A stretch of DNA of 64,000 bases from Candidatus Latescibacterota bacterium (GCA_965204745.1 OZ242010.1:4192001-4256000), one strand, 5' to 3'. Positions 39,284 through 48,928 are shown, counted from the first letter of the stretch. A program made the numbers and translations. Notes: generated by a model not told the origin, from the letters alone.

Positions 39284-39456
39284 TGACCTGTCCAATATAA
39301 AAATCCGCCGATGGTTGTATCCAAAGCAAGGCTTTGCCACCGGCGGAATCAAACAAATACAAAAATGGCCTTGCTTTTGGATACACACCTTAGACGACTA
39401 CAAACGACAAAAGATTCCACCTTTTTGTGCGATTTGTGATGATTTGTTACAAGATG

Positions 39457-39828
39457 TTATGATTTTACCGCACTGTTACTTACCCCTGCTGGCATGTCGC
39501 GCTTGTGAATGTATTCCTGCCTCGCCATCATCGTCAAAATGCCCACCAAAAGACTGAGCAATAGCACCAAGCCCGCGGGCATAAATTTGCGCGTGCGGAC
39601 AAACCGGCTCAGAAAAATGCCCGTGAGCAACAGCCCGACAAGCCCGCCGGTCAAAAATCCAATTTCGGGATCGCGCAGGCTTTGCCAGAAGCCGACCAGT
39701 GCGACAGCGCCGCTGACCGCACCTGCAAACAAAGAGGCAGAACTCCCGGTCTTCACCTTCCCAACGATGCCCCCCGCGATCAACAACGCGCCGTAAATCG
39801 CCAGTGCCACTTGTGCTGTTTCGATCAT
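39457..39828 (-). CDS. TMEM14 family small membrane protein
   Basis: Motifs YG.LLI.GGI.G.VK.GS..SL.AG and RF..TRKFMPAGL. Confidence 0.85.
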   Translation of the reverse strand: MIETAQVALAIYGALLIAGGIVGKVKTGSSASLFAGAVSGAVALVGFWQSLRDPEIGFLTGGLVGLLLTGIFLSRFVRTRKFMPAGLVLLLSLLVGILTMMARQEYIHKRDMPAGVSNSAVKS

Positions 39829-39869
39829 TTCATTCTCCAAAATAGCCACTGAAACAGTCGCGCCTTATC

Positions 39870-40225
39870 GGGACCTACCCCCCTAACCCCCGTTACTCGC
39901 TTCGCTTCGTTGTAGGCTACGCCTGTGCCTTAGAGGAAGGGGGAACAGTGAGCGGTTTTGCGAGGGGATTGATGAGGGATTTTCAATCGCTTTATGCCCT
40001 CGCAAAACGCCATCAAAACAACCAGAGCGAGAAGCCATCAAAGAAACTTTACTCCCCTTTCCTCGTAGGAAGGGGGAACAGTGAGCGGTTTTGCGAGGGG
40101 ATTGATGAGGGATATTTAATCGCTTTATGCCCTCGCAAAACGCCATCAAAACAACCAGAGCGAGAAGCCATCAAAGAAACTTTACTCCCCTTTCCTCGTA
40201 GGAAAGGGGCCGGGGGATAGGTCCC
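39870..40225. repeat. Family-A-related CCCC/GGGG hairpin repeat lacking TIRs, with an internal 133-bp tandem duplication (39934-40066, 40067-40199)
   Basis: Shares the GGGACCTACCCCCCTAACCCCC and GGAAAGGGGCCGGGGGATAGGTC ends with family A. Confidence 0.75.
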
Positions 40226-40340
40226 CTCACGCAACGCCATCAGAGCAACCTAAGCCATCAAATGACCAAACGCCTTAAATGAGCAAGAAGCAACACAGTT
40301 GCTACTCTGTGCGTGTGGTCAGTCCGCATGCCTCGCTTCC

Positions 40341-42530
40341 TTACACCATTTGCCCTTCTCGAATTTCCTGACCATAGACGCGCAGGGTTTGGCCGTTGAT
40401 GAGGGCGAGGGTTTCCACCCAGCCGTCGGTTAGGGTCATGGCGCCGGCTTCGGCGTCTGTTTCGCCTTCGGATGCGCGTAGCCAGCCCTCGCCTGCTTCG
40501 GATTGGATGAAGTAGATGTCTCGACCGTCTCGCAGGGCGATTCGCCCGGCGATGCCAAGGCGGTCGTTGTCGCCTGCGATGGGGATGTGTTCGATGTGGA
40601 TGATGGGCGATTCCTCGCCCGGTTTGACGGGGTACAAGATGTAGGTCATGGCGATGGGGCCGTGGCCCGTGGTTTTGAAAATCGCGGTTGGAATGGGTTC
40701 GCACTGATAGGGGCCGCCGCGGGGGATCCAGCCCTGGACGGTCGGTTCTTCTTGACCGCTGACGATGCGTGTGGTGATGGGCGCGGTCGCAAGGGCGCGA
40801 ATGTCCAGATCGCTCTGGTCAGGCCCGTTTTTTGTGATGACCTGCCGCCCATCTATTAAAACGTCTGCATCGTCCGCGTCGAGGTGGAACAGGGCTTCGT
40901 ACTCGTGGGCCGCGTCGTCCGAGGGTTTGAGGATGTCCGTGACGATCCAGAACTCGGGTTTGACGAACAGGATTGACCGCGTGTGCGAAACGGTCTCGTC
41001 CCGGTTTGGGCCGTATCCCAAGTCGTAGGTCGCGGACGCATAATCGCATTTATCATTTGATAGCCACGTATGCGGCAGGGGCTTGGACACCACGTAGTCC
41101 TCGCGGGATTTTCCGCGTTGGTTTTGCTCCATGCCATCCACCATCACCGTATTGTGGGCGCGGGTTGACAGCACGTACGCACGCCATTGGGACGAGTCGT
41201 AGGGATAATTCCCCGGATCGACCACATGCACGCGCCCATGTGCGTAGAGGACGATGTTCAACTTGTCCTCGTGCTGATGCCCATAGCCAAAGGGGCCGCC
41301 GTCGAAAAACAGATAGCGATCATCGGGGTGCCATCCCGAGCGCATGACAAAATGCCCGGCAAAGGGAAACGCGCAGGACAGGGTTTGCGGCTCTGTGCCC
41401 TCGGCGCGTGCAGACGCGACCCATTGGAAGTCCACGCGGTTGGGGAAAAACTTGAACCCGCCGCGCATGTAGGGCGCGATGTCGGTTTGGCCCCCGTCAT
41501 TGAGCGCGGGCAAGCGCAAGTCGGGCATGGCCAAATACAGGTCGTAGTGGTACATCCGCTCCAATTTGGCGACGTAATCCGCGGGCACGGGCAAGTCGTT
41601 CAAGTGCGCGATGGCATAGGCCATCACAAAATTTCGCAGGCTCACTTGATGGTAGCCGCTCGACAACTCGATCTGCGCGCCATCCGGATAGACCTGCGCG
41701 TCCAACTCCCCATAGAGCGAGTGCATCGCGAGTTCGCGCCATTGCGCGGCTTCTTTGAACTCGGGAAACAGCGCGCCGACATGGTATTGCCCATTGGCCT
41801 GCATGGTCTGCCAGTTGCCACCGCGCGGCCATTTCGTGAGGTGGCGCGCATGCTCGACCATGCTCTTTATCATCAAACACACGTCGTCATCCACAAAGGT
41901 TTTGGAGGACAGGAAGTAGTAAAACGCCGCGGGCCAGGTTTGCCCCATCCGAATCCCACATTCAATCGTGCGCCAGCAGTTGGTGCGGGCCGTGCCCATC
42001 TCGGCGTCGTCTTTCCAAGAATTGCCATCCTCATCGATGGGTACGAGCACATGGTCGATCCAGTGCCGCATTTGCCGCACAAACGCCTCGGCGTATTTTT
42101 CGTCGCCGGTTTTCCAATACGCCTGCCCCAGCGTGACCCAAAACGGATGGCGCGACAACTGCCATGTCCATTCCCGGTAATTGATCGGGTCCAGTTCCCA
42201 GTTGATCGCGTCGCCAAACGCTCGTGCCACGTCGCAACTCGTCAGCGTATTTGCCACGATGCGGTCCGCCTTTGCGAGATCGACATCCCGGATCGCGCGA
42301 TCTCCCACGCGCACGAGCTCGACCTCTGCATCCCGGTCTTGTGGCTCGGATCGATTTTGCCAGTCGGAAAACCACTTTGGATTTTTGCGCGTGCGGACGT
42401 GTTGGGCAAACGCGCGCCGCGCCCCGGCCCAATCCCGTTCCTCCACCGCCGCTTTGATCCCCGCCATATCCGTGCGCGACAAATCAAGCGCGTCAAAAAA
42501 CCCCGCATCGCTCAACCGCGGTCCCATCAT
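40341..42530 (-). CDS. Heparinase II/III family polysaccharide lyase
   Basis: Motifs NW, QVYPDG.Q.ELS.GYH, MRSGW, GHQHEDKL, DPG.YPY, AHNTV.VDG. Confidence 0.85.
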   Translation of the reverse strand: MMGPRLSDAGFFDALDLSRTDMAGIKAAVEERDWAGARRAFAQHVRTRKNPKWFSDWQNRSEPQDRDAEVELVRVGDRAIRDVDLAKADRIVANTLTSCDVARAFGDAINWELDPINYREWTWQLSRHPFWVTLGQAYWKTGDEKYAEAFVRQMRHWIDHVLVPIDEDGNSWKDDAEMGTARTNCWRTIECGIRMGQTWPAAFYYFLSSKTFVDDDVCLMIKSMVEHARHLTKWPRGGNWQTMQANGQYHVGALFPEFKEAAQWRELAMHSLYGELDAQVYPDGAQIELSSGYHQVSLRNFVMAYAIAHLNDLPVPADYVAKLERMYHYDLYLAMPDLRLPALNDGGQTDIAPYMRGGFKFFPNRVDFQWVASARAEGTEPQTLSCAFPFAGHFVMRSGWHPDDRYLFFDGGPFGYGHQHEDKLNIVLYAHGRVHVVDPGNYPYDSSQWRAYVLSTRAHNTVMVDGMEQNQRGKSREDYVVSKPLPHTWLSNDKCDYASATYDLGYGPNRDETVSHTRSILFVKPEFWIVTDILKPSDDAAHEYEALFHLDADDADVLIDGRQVITKNGPDQSDLDIRALATAPITTRIVSGQEEPTVQGWIPRGGPYQCEPIPTAIFKTTGHGPIAMTYILYPVKPGEESPIIHIEHIPIAGDNDRLGIAGRIALRDGRDIYFIQSEAGEGWLRASEGETDAEAGAMTLTDGWVETLALINGQTLRVYGQEIREGQMV

Positions 42531-42555
42531 GTCTTTCTCCTTTCCAACTCCTGTT

Positions 42556-43347
42556 TCAGCGGTAAAAACAGAGCTTGGGAACGGCGTCTATCAAACCGAG
42601 TTCCGCGCCGTACGCGTAAAACCGTCGCAACCCCGCCAACTCGGCATCGCCCAAATCGTAGAGAATATTTCGGGTGAGATAATTCGCGTAAAACTCGGGC
42701 GGCATCGTGCGAGTCTGCGCGGCGTAGTCCTCGGCGATTCGGGAAATCATGCACCGGCCCTTTTCCTTGGCGTCGACGAGTTTGGCAACATCGTCTGGCG
42801 TCAACGCGCCAGCTCGCCCGGTCCAACAGGCATAGACAAATGGCAGGCCGGTCATCTGCGTCCAAATTTCGCCCAGGTCCAAGACGCGATAGTGGCGCAA
42901 TTCCAGCGCGGGATCGCCGATCACCAAGGCCGCATCGGCGCGGTTGAGCATCGCGTCGATCTTCGGCGGGCAAAAAAACACCTCGGGCCGAGAACCAAAT
43001 TGCCGCGCCAATGCGATTCGCGCCAGGGCCACAGAGGTGCGCGAGCCCCTGTCTAGTGCCAGCGTTTTAATGGCTTCGGGTTCTGTATTTAGGACGATGA
43101 ACACGCTGCCGACCGCGCCGTTTGACACGATGCCGACCTGTGGCACAATCCGATAGGCTTCGCTGCCGCGGCCAATTTCGATAGCGGGAATGAGGGCCAC
43201 GTCGGTTTCGCCTTTGTGCAATCGGTCGGCGCATCTCGACGGCACATCGTAGTGCAATTCAAAATCGTGCTCTATCGCGACCGTGCGAAACGCCTCGACC
43301 AAGGGCCGCGTATTTAGATATGACACCACGCCCAAACGCACAGCCAT
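42556..43347 (-). CDS. mqnA: Chorismate dehydratase (futalosine pathway)
   Basis: Motifs VSYLNTRPL, SRTSV.L, LVIGD.AL, DLGE.W...TGLPFVYA.W. Confidence 0.9.
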   Translation of the reverse strand: MAVRLGVVSYLNTRPLVEAFRTVAIEHDFELHYDVPSRCADRLHKGETDVALIPAIEIGRGSEAYRIVPQVGIVSNGAVGSVFIVLNTEPEAIKTLALDRGSRTSVALARIALARQFGSRPEVFFCPPKIDAMLNRADAALVIGDPALELRHYRVLDLGEIWTQMTGLPFVYACWTGRAGALTPDDVAKLVDAKEKGRCMISRIAEDYAAQTRTMPPEFYANYLTRNILYDLGDAELAGLRRFYAYGAELGLIDAVPKLCFYR

Positions 43348-43357
43348 TGCGACTCCT

Positions 43358-44458
43358 TTAATTGACGATCTCGTACCGCGTATTTCGCCTGATGGGCGCG
43401 TATCCCGCGTCTTTGATGAGGCGTTGCATCTCCTGAAGCGTCATCGCATCCGTATGGCTCGTGCCGGCCGCGCTGACCACATTTTCTTCCATCATCGTGC
43501 TGCCAAAGTCGTTCACCCCGTATTTGAGGCTGACCTGCGCGATCTTGGCGCCCTGCGTTACCCATGACGCTTGAAAACTTTTGACATTGTCCAAGAACAG
43601 GCGCGCGATAGCGATGGTTCGCAAGTAGTCAAACCCACTTGACTTCGCGCCATTCCACCGCGCATCGTCCGCGCCGAGTGCCGTATCATCCGGCTGGAAA
43701 TTCCACGCGATAAATGCGGTGAACCCGCCGGTCTCGTCCTGCAACTCGCGGATGCGCGCCAAGTGTTCAATGCGCTGTTCGATAGTCTCCACGTGTCCGT
43801 ACATCATGGTCGCAGAGGTGTGCATGCCCAAGTCGTGGGCGATGCGATGCACGGCGATCCATTCGTGGACGCGGTCTTTGCGAAAGCCGATGATGTCGCG
43901 CACCTCGTCCGACAGGATTTCCGCGCCCGCGCCCGGGATGGAATCCAACCCGGCGTCGCGCAACCGGCGAATGCAGTCTTCGAGGGACAAGCGCGAGATG
44001 TGCGCGATGTAGATGATCTCGGTGGCGGACAGGCAATGCTGGTGAATTTGCGGATAGCGGTTGCGAATGTCGAAAAAGAGGTCTTCGTAATAATCCACGC
44101 GCAACTTGGGATTCAAGCCGCCTTGCATCAAAATTTCACTGCCCTTGGGCACGTCGCCGCCCACGGCGATGAGTTCGTCAATTTTTTCGAAAATCTGTTC
44201 TTTGGGCAACACATAGCCCTCGTCAGAACCCGGTGGGCGGTAAAACGCACAAAAATCGCATTTCACCCAACACACATTGGTGTAGTTGATGTTGCGCCCG
44301 ATATTGTACGTCACGCGGTCCGCGGGCCATTTGCGCCGGCGCACCACGTCGGCCAACATGCCCAATTCCGACACGTTGGGATGGGCAAACAAGCGCAGGG
44401 CATCGGCTTTGGAAACGCGCTCGGCGCGATAAATTTTTTCCGCAATATCATCGATCAT
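43358..44458 (-). CDS. mqnC: Cyclic dehypoxanthine futalosine synthase (radical SAM)
   Basis: Motifs NINYTNVC...C.FCAFYR, QASWVTQG, DFGSTMMEENVV. Confidence 0.9.
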   Translation of the reverse strand: MIDDIAEKIYRAERVSKADALRLFAHPNVSELGMLADVVRRRKWPADRVTYNIGRNINYTNVCWVKCDFCAFYRPPGSDEGYVLPKEQIFEKIDELIAVGGDVPKGSEILMQGGLNPKLRVDYYEDLFFDIRNRYPQIHQHCLSATEIIYIAHISRLSLEDCIRRLRDAGLDSIPGAGAEILSDEVRDIIGFRKDRVHEWIAVHRIAHDLGMHTSATMMYGHVETIEQRIEHLARIRELQDETGGFTAFIAWNFQPDDTALGADDARWNGAKSSGFDYLRTIAIARLFLDNVKSFQASWVTQGAKIAQVSLKYGVNDFGSTMMEENVVSAAGTSHTDAMTLQEMQRLIKDAGYAPIRRNTRYEIVN

Positions 44459-45039
44459 CTCGCGTCTCCTTCGGGATACCAAAGTTCGGAGAGTGGGATT
44501 TTCAATCCCGGAAACGAGGTCGGCGCGAACACGCCTGCCCCGGACACAGTCGCCTGAAGCATGGGCACAGTGAGGTCAAACGCCTCTAATACTTTTTGAT
44601 CCGCATCGACAATCCAGTATTCCCGCACGCCAAATTCGGCATAGATTCGCTTTTTTTCGATCCGATCTCTGTGCATGCTTGAAACCGATAGGACTTCGAT
44701 CATCAAATCGGGCGCGCCCGAGATATTGGTTTCCGCGATCAGGTCCAAGCGGTCTTTTGCAATGAATAGGATATCGGGTTGGACGACGGTTTCTGCCCGC
44801 GTGCCCCTGCCCAAGATAACATCTATGGGCGAACTGAAAACCCGCCCGAGGTCATTTTGTTTGACAAAGAGGCGCAACAAACCCGTCAGTTCATCGCAAG
44901 CCCATTGATGCCTCGGTATCGGTGCAGGTGCCACGCTCAATTCCCCCCTTAAAATTTCAAAGTTAGAACTGTCTGGCGGGGTAAGCGCGAGATAATCTTC
45001 GTACGTCCACCGCACTTTTTTTTGAATAGCAACAGCCAT
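44455..45039 (-). CDS. Uma2 family (PD-(D/E)xK) endonuclease-like protein
   Basis: Motifs WTYEDY, PAP...HQ, VQPDI, APDL.IEVLS, D...K...YA.FGVREYWIVD. Confidence 0.88.
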   Translation of the reverse strand: MAVAIQKKVRWTYEDYLALTPPDSSNFEILRGELSVAPAPIPRHQWACDELTGLLRLFVKQNDLGRVFSSPIDVILGRGTRAETVVQPDILFIAKDRLDLIAETNISGAPDLMIEVLSVSSMHRDRIEKKRIYAEFGVREYWIVDADQKVLEAFDLTVPMLQATVSGAGVFAPTSFPGLKIPLSELWYPEGDAR

Positions 45040-45107
45040 CGCGCACCTCGATGAATGACCCCTCCCCCGACGCTTCAGCGCGGGGTTCTTCACATGGCGA
45101 CCAGTTG

Positions 45108-46256
45108 TCAGGCGATCACGGGGATCGCATCGGCGATTCCAAGGGGCGTTTCCGATTCGATCTCTCGATCTGTGGACAAAACGCGGTAGAGATTGTCGCG
45201 CTCGACCGGGTCGCGTCCGGCCTCGACAATGCGCTCGACGAGTTGTTTGCGCGTGAGCACTTGCCGGGTCTCGTGGTAGGAACGGCGCGTAATCTCGTAT
45301 TCTTGGATGGTGCCGTCGATATCGTCGGCGCCATACCACAACGCCACCTGCGAAATTTCGATGGTGTTCATAATCCAAAAGGTCTTGATGTGCGGGAAAT
45401 TGTCGAGCATCAAGCGGCCCACGGCGATCTCGCGCAAATCCGCAATGCCCGTGGGGCCGGGCAAATGCGCCAACTCGGTGCGCTCGGGGTGAAAGGACAG
45501 GGGGATATACGTCAAAAAGCCGCCGGTCTCGTCTTGTAAGTCGCGCAATCGCACGAGGTGATCGATGCGCTCTTGCGGGTTTTCGATATGCCCATACAGC
45601 ATGGTCGCATTGGTGTGCAAGCCAACTTCGTGCGCCGTGCGCGCCACGCTGAGCCATTGTTCGGAATCCGCCTTGGTCCAAAACAAGTCTTCTTGCACGC
45701 GGTCGCTAAACACTTCCGCGCCCCCGCCGGGAATGGACGACACGCCGGCCGCTTTGAGTTCGGTCATCACGTCTTTCAAGGGCTTTTTTGCAATGCGCGC
45801 AATTTGCACCCATTCGATAGCCGTGAACGCTTTGACCGCCACATCGGGCCGCACGTCTTTGACCGCGCGCACGATGTCGAGGTAATACGAATAGGGGAGT
45901 TTGGGATTGACGCCCGCGACCATGTGGATTTCGGAAATGGGCAGGTGGATGTATTGCAACACGCGCTTTTGGACGTCTTCGGGCGACAACACGTAGCCCC
46001 GTTCGTCTTTGGGCTTCACGTAAAAAGAGCAAAACCGACACAACTTGTTGCACACATTGGTGTAGTTGATGTGCTGATTGCGGACGTACCACGCCACCTT
46101 GCCGCACATGCGTTCGCGCACGATATTCGCCAAATACCCCACGGCATTGAGATCCGGCGTTTCGTACAGGCGCGTGCCATCTTCGGCGGAGAGCCGCTGG
46201 CCCAAGGCCACTTTTTCTTCGATATCTCGAAGTTCGTCTGGAATGTTCCGTTTCAC
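45108..46256 (-). CDS. mqnE: Aminofutalosine synthase (radical SAM)
   Basis: Motifs HINYTNVC...C.FCSF, VKAFTAIE, PGGGAEVF, HIK.FW.M, GADDIDGTI. Confidence 0.9.
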   Translation of the reverse strand: MKRNIPDELRDIEEKVALGQRLSAEDGTRLYETPDLNAVGYLANIVRERMCGKVAWYVRNQHINYTNVCNKLCRFCSFYVKPKDERGYVLSPEDVQKRVLQYIHLPISEIHMVAGVNPKLPYSYYLDIVRAVKDVRPDVAVKAFTAIEWVQIARIAKKPLKDVMTELKAAGVSSIPGGGAEVFSDRVQEDLFWTKADSEQWLSVARTAHEVGLHTNATMLYGHIENPQERIDHLVRLRDLQDETGGFLTYIPLSFHPERTELAHLPGPTGIADLREIAVGRLMLDNFPHIKTFWIMNTIEISQVALWYGADDIDGTIQEYEITRRSYHETRQVLTRKQLVERIVEAGRDPVERDNLYRVLSTDREIESETPLGIADAIPVIA

Positions 46257-46274
46257 ACCGCGCTCCTTTGGCGA

Positions 46275-46649
46275 TCAAATCTCTTGTGAGCTGAGGTTAT
46301 GGGCCTCAAATTTTTCGGGATCAAAATAACTGTCAAAGTTCAAATAATGAGACATTTTGTAAATATTGCCTTTTTTGTCTTCAACGCTGGCAAGGACCTC
46401 AAATTTACCCCACACCCAAACTGTCAACTTGCAATTTGGATTTGACAGGCTTCGTTGCACACTTTTGTGCTGAACTTGAAAGGGATGCAGAGTGTATGTG
46501 ACACGTTTGACAAACGGCACATCTGGGCCAGTCAAAAAAATAAAAATTTTGTAGTAACGTCTTTCATTTTTTGACCGGTAATAGACAACGCGTTCTCGAC
46601 CCTTGGGATCAAATGGCGTATCCGCAATCCAAACATTAAGATCTCTCAT
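46275..46649 (-). CDS. Prokaryotic YEATS (pYEATS) domain protein
   Basis: Y.IFIFL.G......V..VTY.LHP.F......V......NC.L..W.WG.F pattern. Confidence 0.75.
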   Translation of the reverse strand: MRDLNVWIADTPFDPKGRERVVYYRSKNERRYYKIFIFLTGPDVPFVKRVTYTLHPFQVQHKSVQRSLSNPNCKLTVWVWGKFEVLASVEDKKGNIYKMSHYLNFDSYFDPEKFEAHNLSSQEI

Positions 46650-46667
46650 GGTATGTCCTTTCGCAGA

Positions 46668-47210
46668 TTAGGTTCTGTTGCCCGATTCGTTTTCATCATC
46701 CCGTCCCGGACTTTCAGGAACATCACTATCCGGTGGCCGAACATCGCCAGTATCATCCTCTTTCTGTTCTGCCTCGCGTCCTACTGAAGTGGTGATGGAT
46801 TCCGCTTTTTTCCCAGCGGCAGATTCGCCAAAATAGTAACCGATAACAGAACCGATAAGCCCACCCAAAGAAGCAACGACAGCATGCAAACCATCCTTAA
46901 ATACCTCGATATCAAAGTCATTGCGCCAAGTAATAAACAATACAGACAAGAGCGCGACTACAAAAACCAAGGTTAAAGTACTCGCCAATAAATGCCTGAA
47001 ATCATTGATAATTTCTATCATGAACTGTGCTACCATATACCGAATAGAAGGTCTGTCATCGCTGTCGGTCGTTGCCTCACTTTTCCGAAAACGCCCCCAC
47101 TTAAAAAGCCATGCGGTCCATTGAATCAACAAGGTCAAAAAAAATAAAATGCCCACAAGCACTGCAAATCCGTGTGTATTTTCACTCAAAAAATCAAGAA
47201 TAGAAGTCAT
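46668..47210 (-). CDS. Hypothetical membrane protein (about 3 TM helices, GYYFG motif)
   Basis: Hydrophobic helices, GLIGSVIGYYFG, acidic tail; ATGA overlap with the recN stop. Confidence 0.7.
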   Translation of the reverse strand: MTSILDFLSENTHGFAVLVGILFFLTLLIQWTAWLFKWGRFRKSEATTDSDDRPSIRYMVAQFMIEIINDFRHLLASTLTLVFVVALLSVLFITWRNDFDIEVFKDGLHAVVASLGGLIGSVIGYYFGESAAGKKAESITTSVGREAEQKEDDTGDVRPPDSDVPESPGRDDENESGNRT

Positions 47211-48916
47211 GAAAGTTCCCTTTCTCGCAACATCTCCCGCGCGTGTTGCAGGGTCAGGTCGGAAATTTCCTCGCCGCCCATCATCAAGGCGAGTTCGCCT
47301 GCGCGTGCGTCTTCATCGAGTGGGACGACCCGCGTGACCGTGCGCTGCTCGACCACTTCTTTTTGCACCGAAAAATGCAGGTCCGCCATTTTTGCGATTT
47401 GCGGCAAGTGCGTAATGGAAATGGTTTGATAGGCCGATGACAGATCGCGCAATTTCTTGCCGACCACCTCGGCGATGCGCCCGGAAATGCCGATGTCAAT
47501 TTCGTCAAAGATCAGCACCTGCACGGAATCGGTATGCGCCAGCACGGTTTTCATCGCCAGCATAATGCGCGAAATCTCCCCGCCGGACGCCACTTTCGCC
47601 AAGGGCCGAACCGCTTCCCCCGGGTTGGTGGAGATGAAAAACTCGCCGCGCTCTATCCCGCGTGGGCCGGCTTCAAACCGCTGCCCGTCGCATTCGATCA
47701 ACCCCTGTGGGTCAACGCGCCGCTCGAGTTGCACGTCAAATTGCACATCTGTCATGCCCAGTTCGCGCAGGGCACACACGATGGCTTTGGACAATTTGCC
47801 CGCTGCTTTGTGACGCCCGCTCGAGAGTTTTTCGCAACAGGCCGCAAACGCCTGCATGGCATCGTCAATTTTGACCTGAATCTCCTGCAAAGAGGCTTCG
47901 AGTTCGTCCGACAATGCCAATTCCTCTTCCGCCTTCTCGCGATAAGATATCACCCGAGAGAGATCGCCGCCGTACTTTTTCTTCAGCGCGTTCAGGGTTT
48001 CCAACCGATCCGCGACTTCCATCAGCCGCTCGGGATTGTGCTCCACGCGGTTGGCGTAATCGCCAAAGGAACGGGCCAATTCCTCCGCGCCATAGCGCAG
48101 GCCATTGAGTTCTTCGGCGATAGATCCCAAACTCGGGTCCATTTGCGCGGCCTCGTCCAAGAGGTGCGCGCCTTCGCCGAGTTGGTCCGCCACGGATTGG
48201 TCGCCTTCGTAGAGCACATGCTCGATCTGAACCGCGATCTCGATCAGGCGTTCTGCGTGCGAGAGGATGGATCGTTCTCGTTCCAAGCGCGCGTCTTCCT
48301 CTGTTTCTGGATTTGCCGCCTGGATTTCTGCGATCTGAAATTCCAACAACGCACGGCGTTCGCGCTGGCGTTGGGCAACCGCGGTTTTTTCGATCAGCCG
48401 ATTTTGCAATGCCACCACCTGTTCGTACATTTTTTCGACCTGTGCGCGTGCGAATTGCAAGTTGCCAAACCCGTCCAAAAAGTCCAGATGCCGATCCGTG
48501 TTGAGCAGGGATTGATGGTCGTGTTGCCCGTGCAAATCGACCAAGGCGCGGCCCAAGTCCCGAAGCACGCGCACCGGAATCGCCAAGCCATTGGCATAGC
48601 ACCGGCTACGGCCTTCTGCCAACACGTCGCGGCGCACGATCAACTCGCCCTCGTCTGCGTCAATGCCTATCGCGTCTAACAGGCCGAGCAACGGATGGTC
48701 GGCATACAGTTCAAAAATGGCTTCGACCGTGCATTTTTGTTCGCCCGTGCGGATCACATCCGGACTCGCCCGCATGCCCAGCACCAGGCCCAATGCGCCC
48801 ACGAGAATGGATTTCCCCGCGCCGGTTTCACCGGTAATGATGTTTAGCCCTTTGCCAAATTCGACTTTTAGGTCGTCGATCAGGGCGTAGTTGATGACGT
48901 GCAATCGACACAACAC
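47207..48916 (-). CDS. recN: DNA repair protein RecN
   Basis: Motifs ITGETGAGKS, HGQHDHQ, ASGGEISR, IFDEID.GISG, ITHLPQIA. Confidence 0.97.
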   Translation of the reverse strand: MLCRLHVINYALIDDLKVEFGKGLNIITGETGAGKSILVGALGLVLGMRASPDVIRTGEQKCTVEAIFELYADHPLLGLLDAIGIDADEGELIVRRDVLAEGRSRCYANGLAIPVRVLRDLGRALVDLHGQHDHQSLLNTDRHLDFLDGFGNLQFARAQVEKMYEQVVALQNRLIEKTAVAQRQRERRALLEFQIAEIQAANPETEEDARLERERSILSHAERLIEIAVQIEHVLYEGDQSVADQLGEGAHLLDEAAQMDPSLGSIAEELNGLRYGAEELARSFGDYANRVEHNPERLMEVADRLETLNALKKKYGGDLSRVISYREKAEEELALSDELEASLQEIQVKIDDAMQAFAACCEKLSSGRHKAAGKLSKAIVCALRELGMTDVQFDVQLERRVDPQGLIECDGQRFEAGPRGIERGEFFISTNPGEAVRPLAKVASGGEISRIMLAMKTVLAHTDSVQVLIFDEIDIGISGRIAEVVGKKLRDLSSAYQTISITHLPQIAKMADLHFSVQKEVVEQRTVTRVVPLDEDARAGELALMMGGEEISDLTLQHAREMLRERELS

Positions 48917-48928
48917 AACGCGCCTCCT

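Larger units (their letters stand above)
38007..39469 (-). mobile_element. Non-autonomous TnpB-only element, IS607-like
   Basis: 40-bp inverted ends (38012-38051 / 39426-39465); GG dinucleotide at both borders on the minus strand; removing the element restores a plausible end for the flanking gene. Confidence 0.75.

Noticed and set aside
39284-39466. Group I intron (IStron) at the left end of the TnpB element
   Set aside because: The region is only ~180 nt, and I could not identify the P3-P7 catalytic core.
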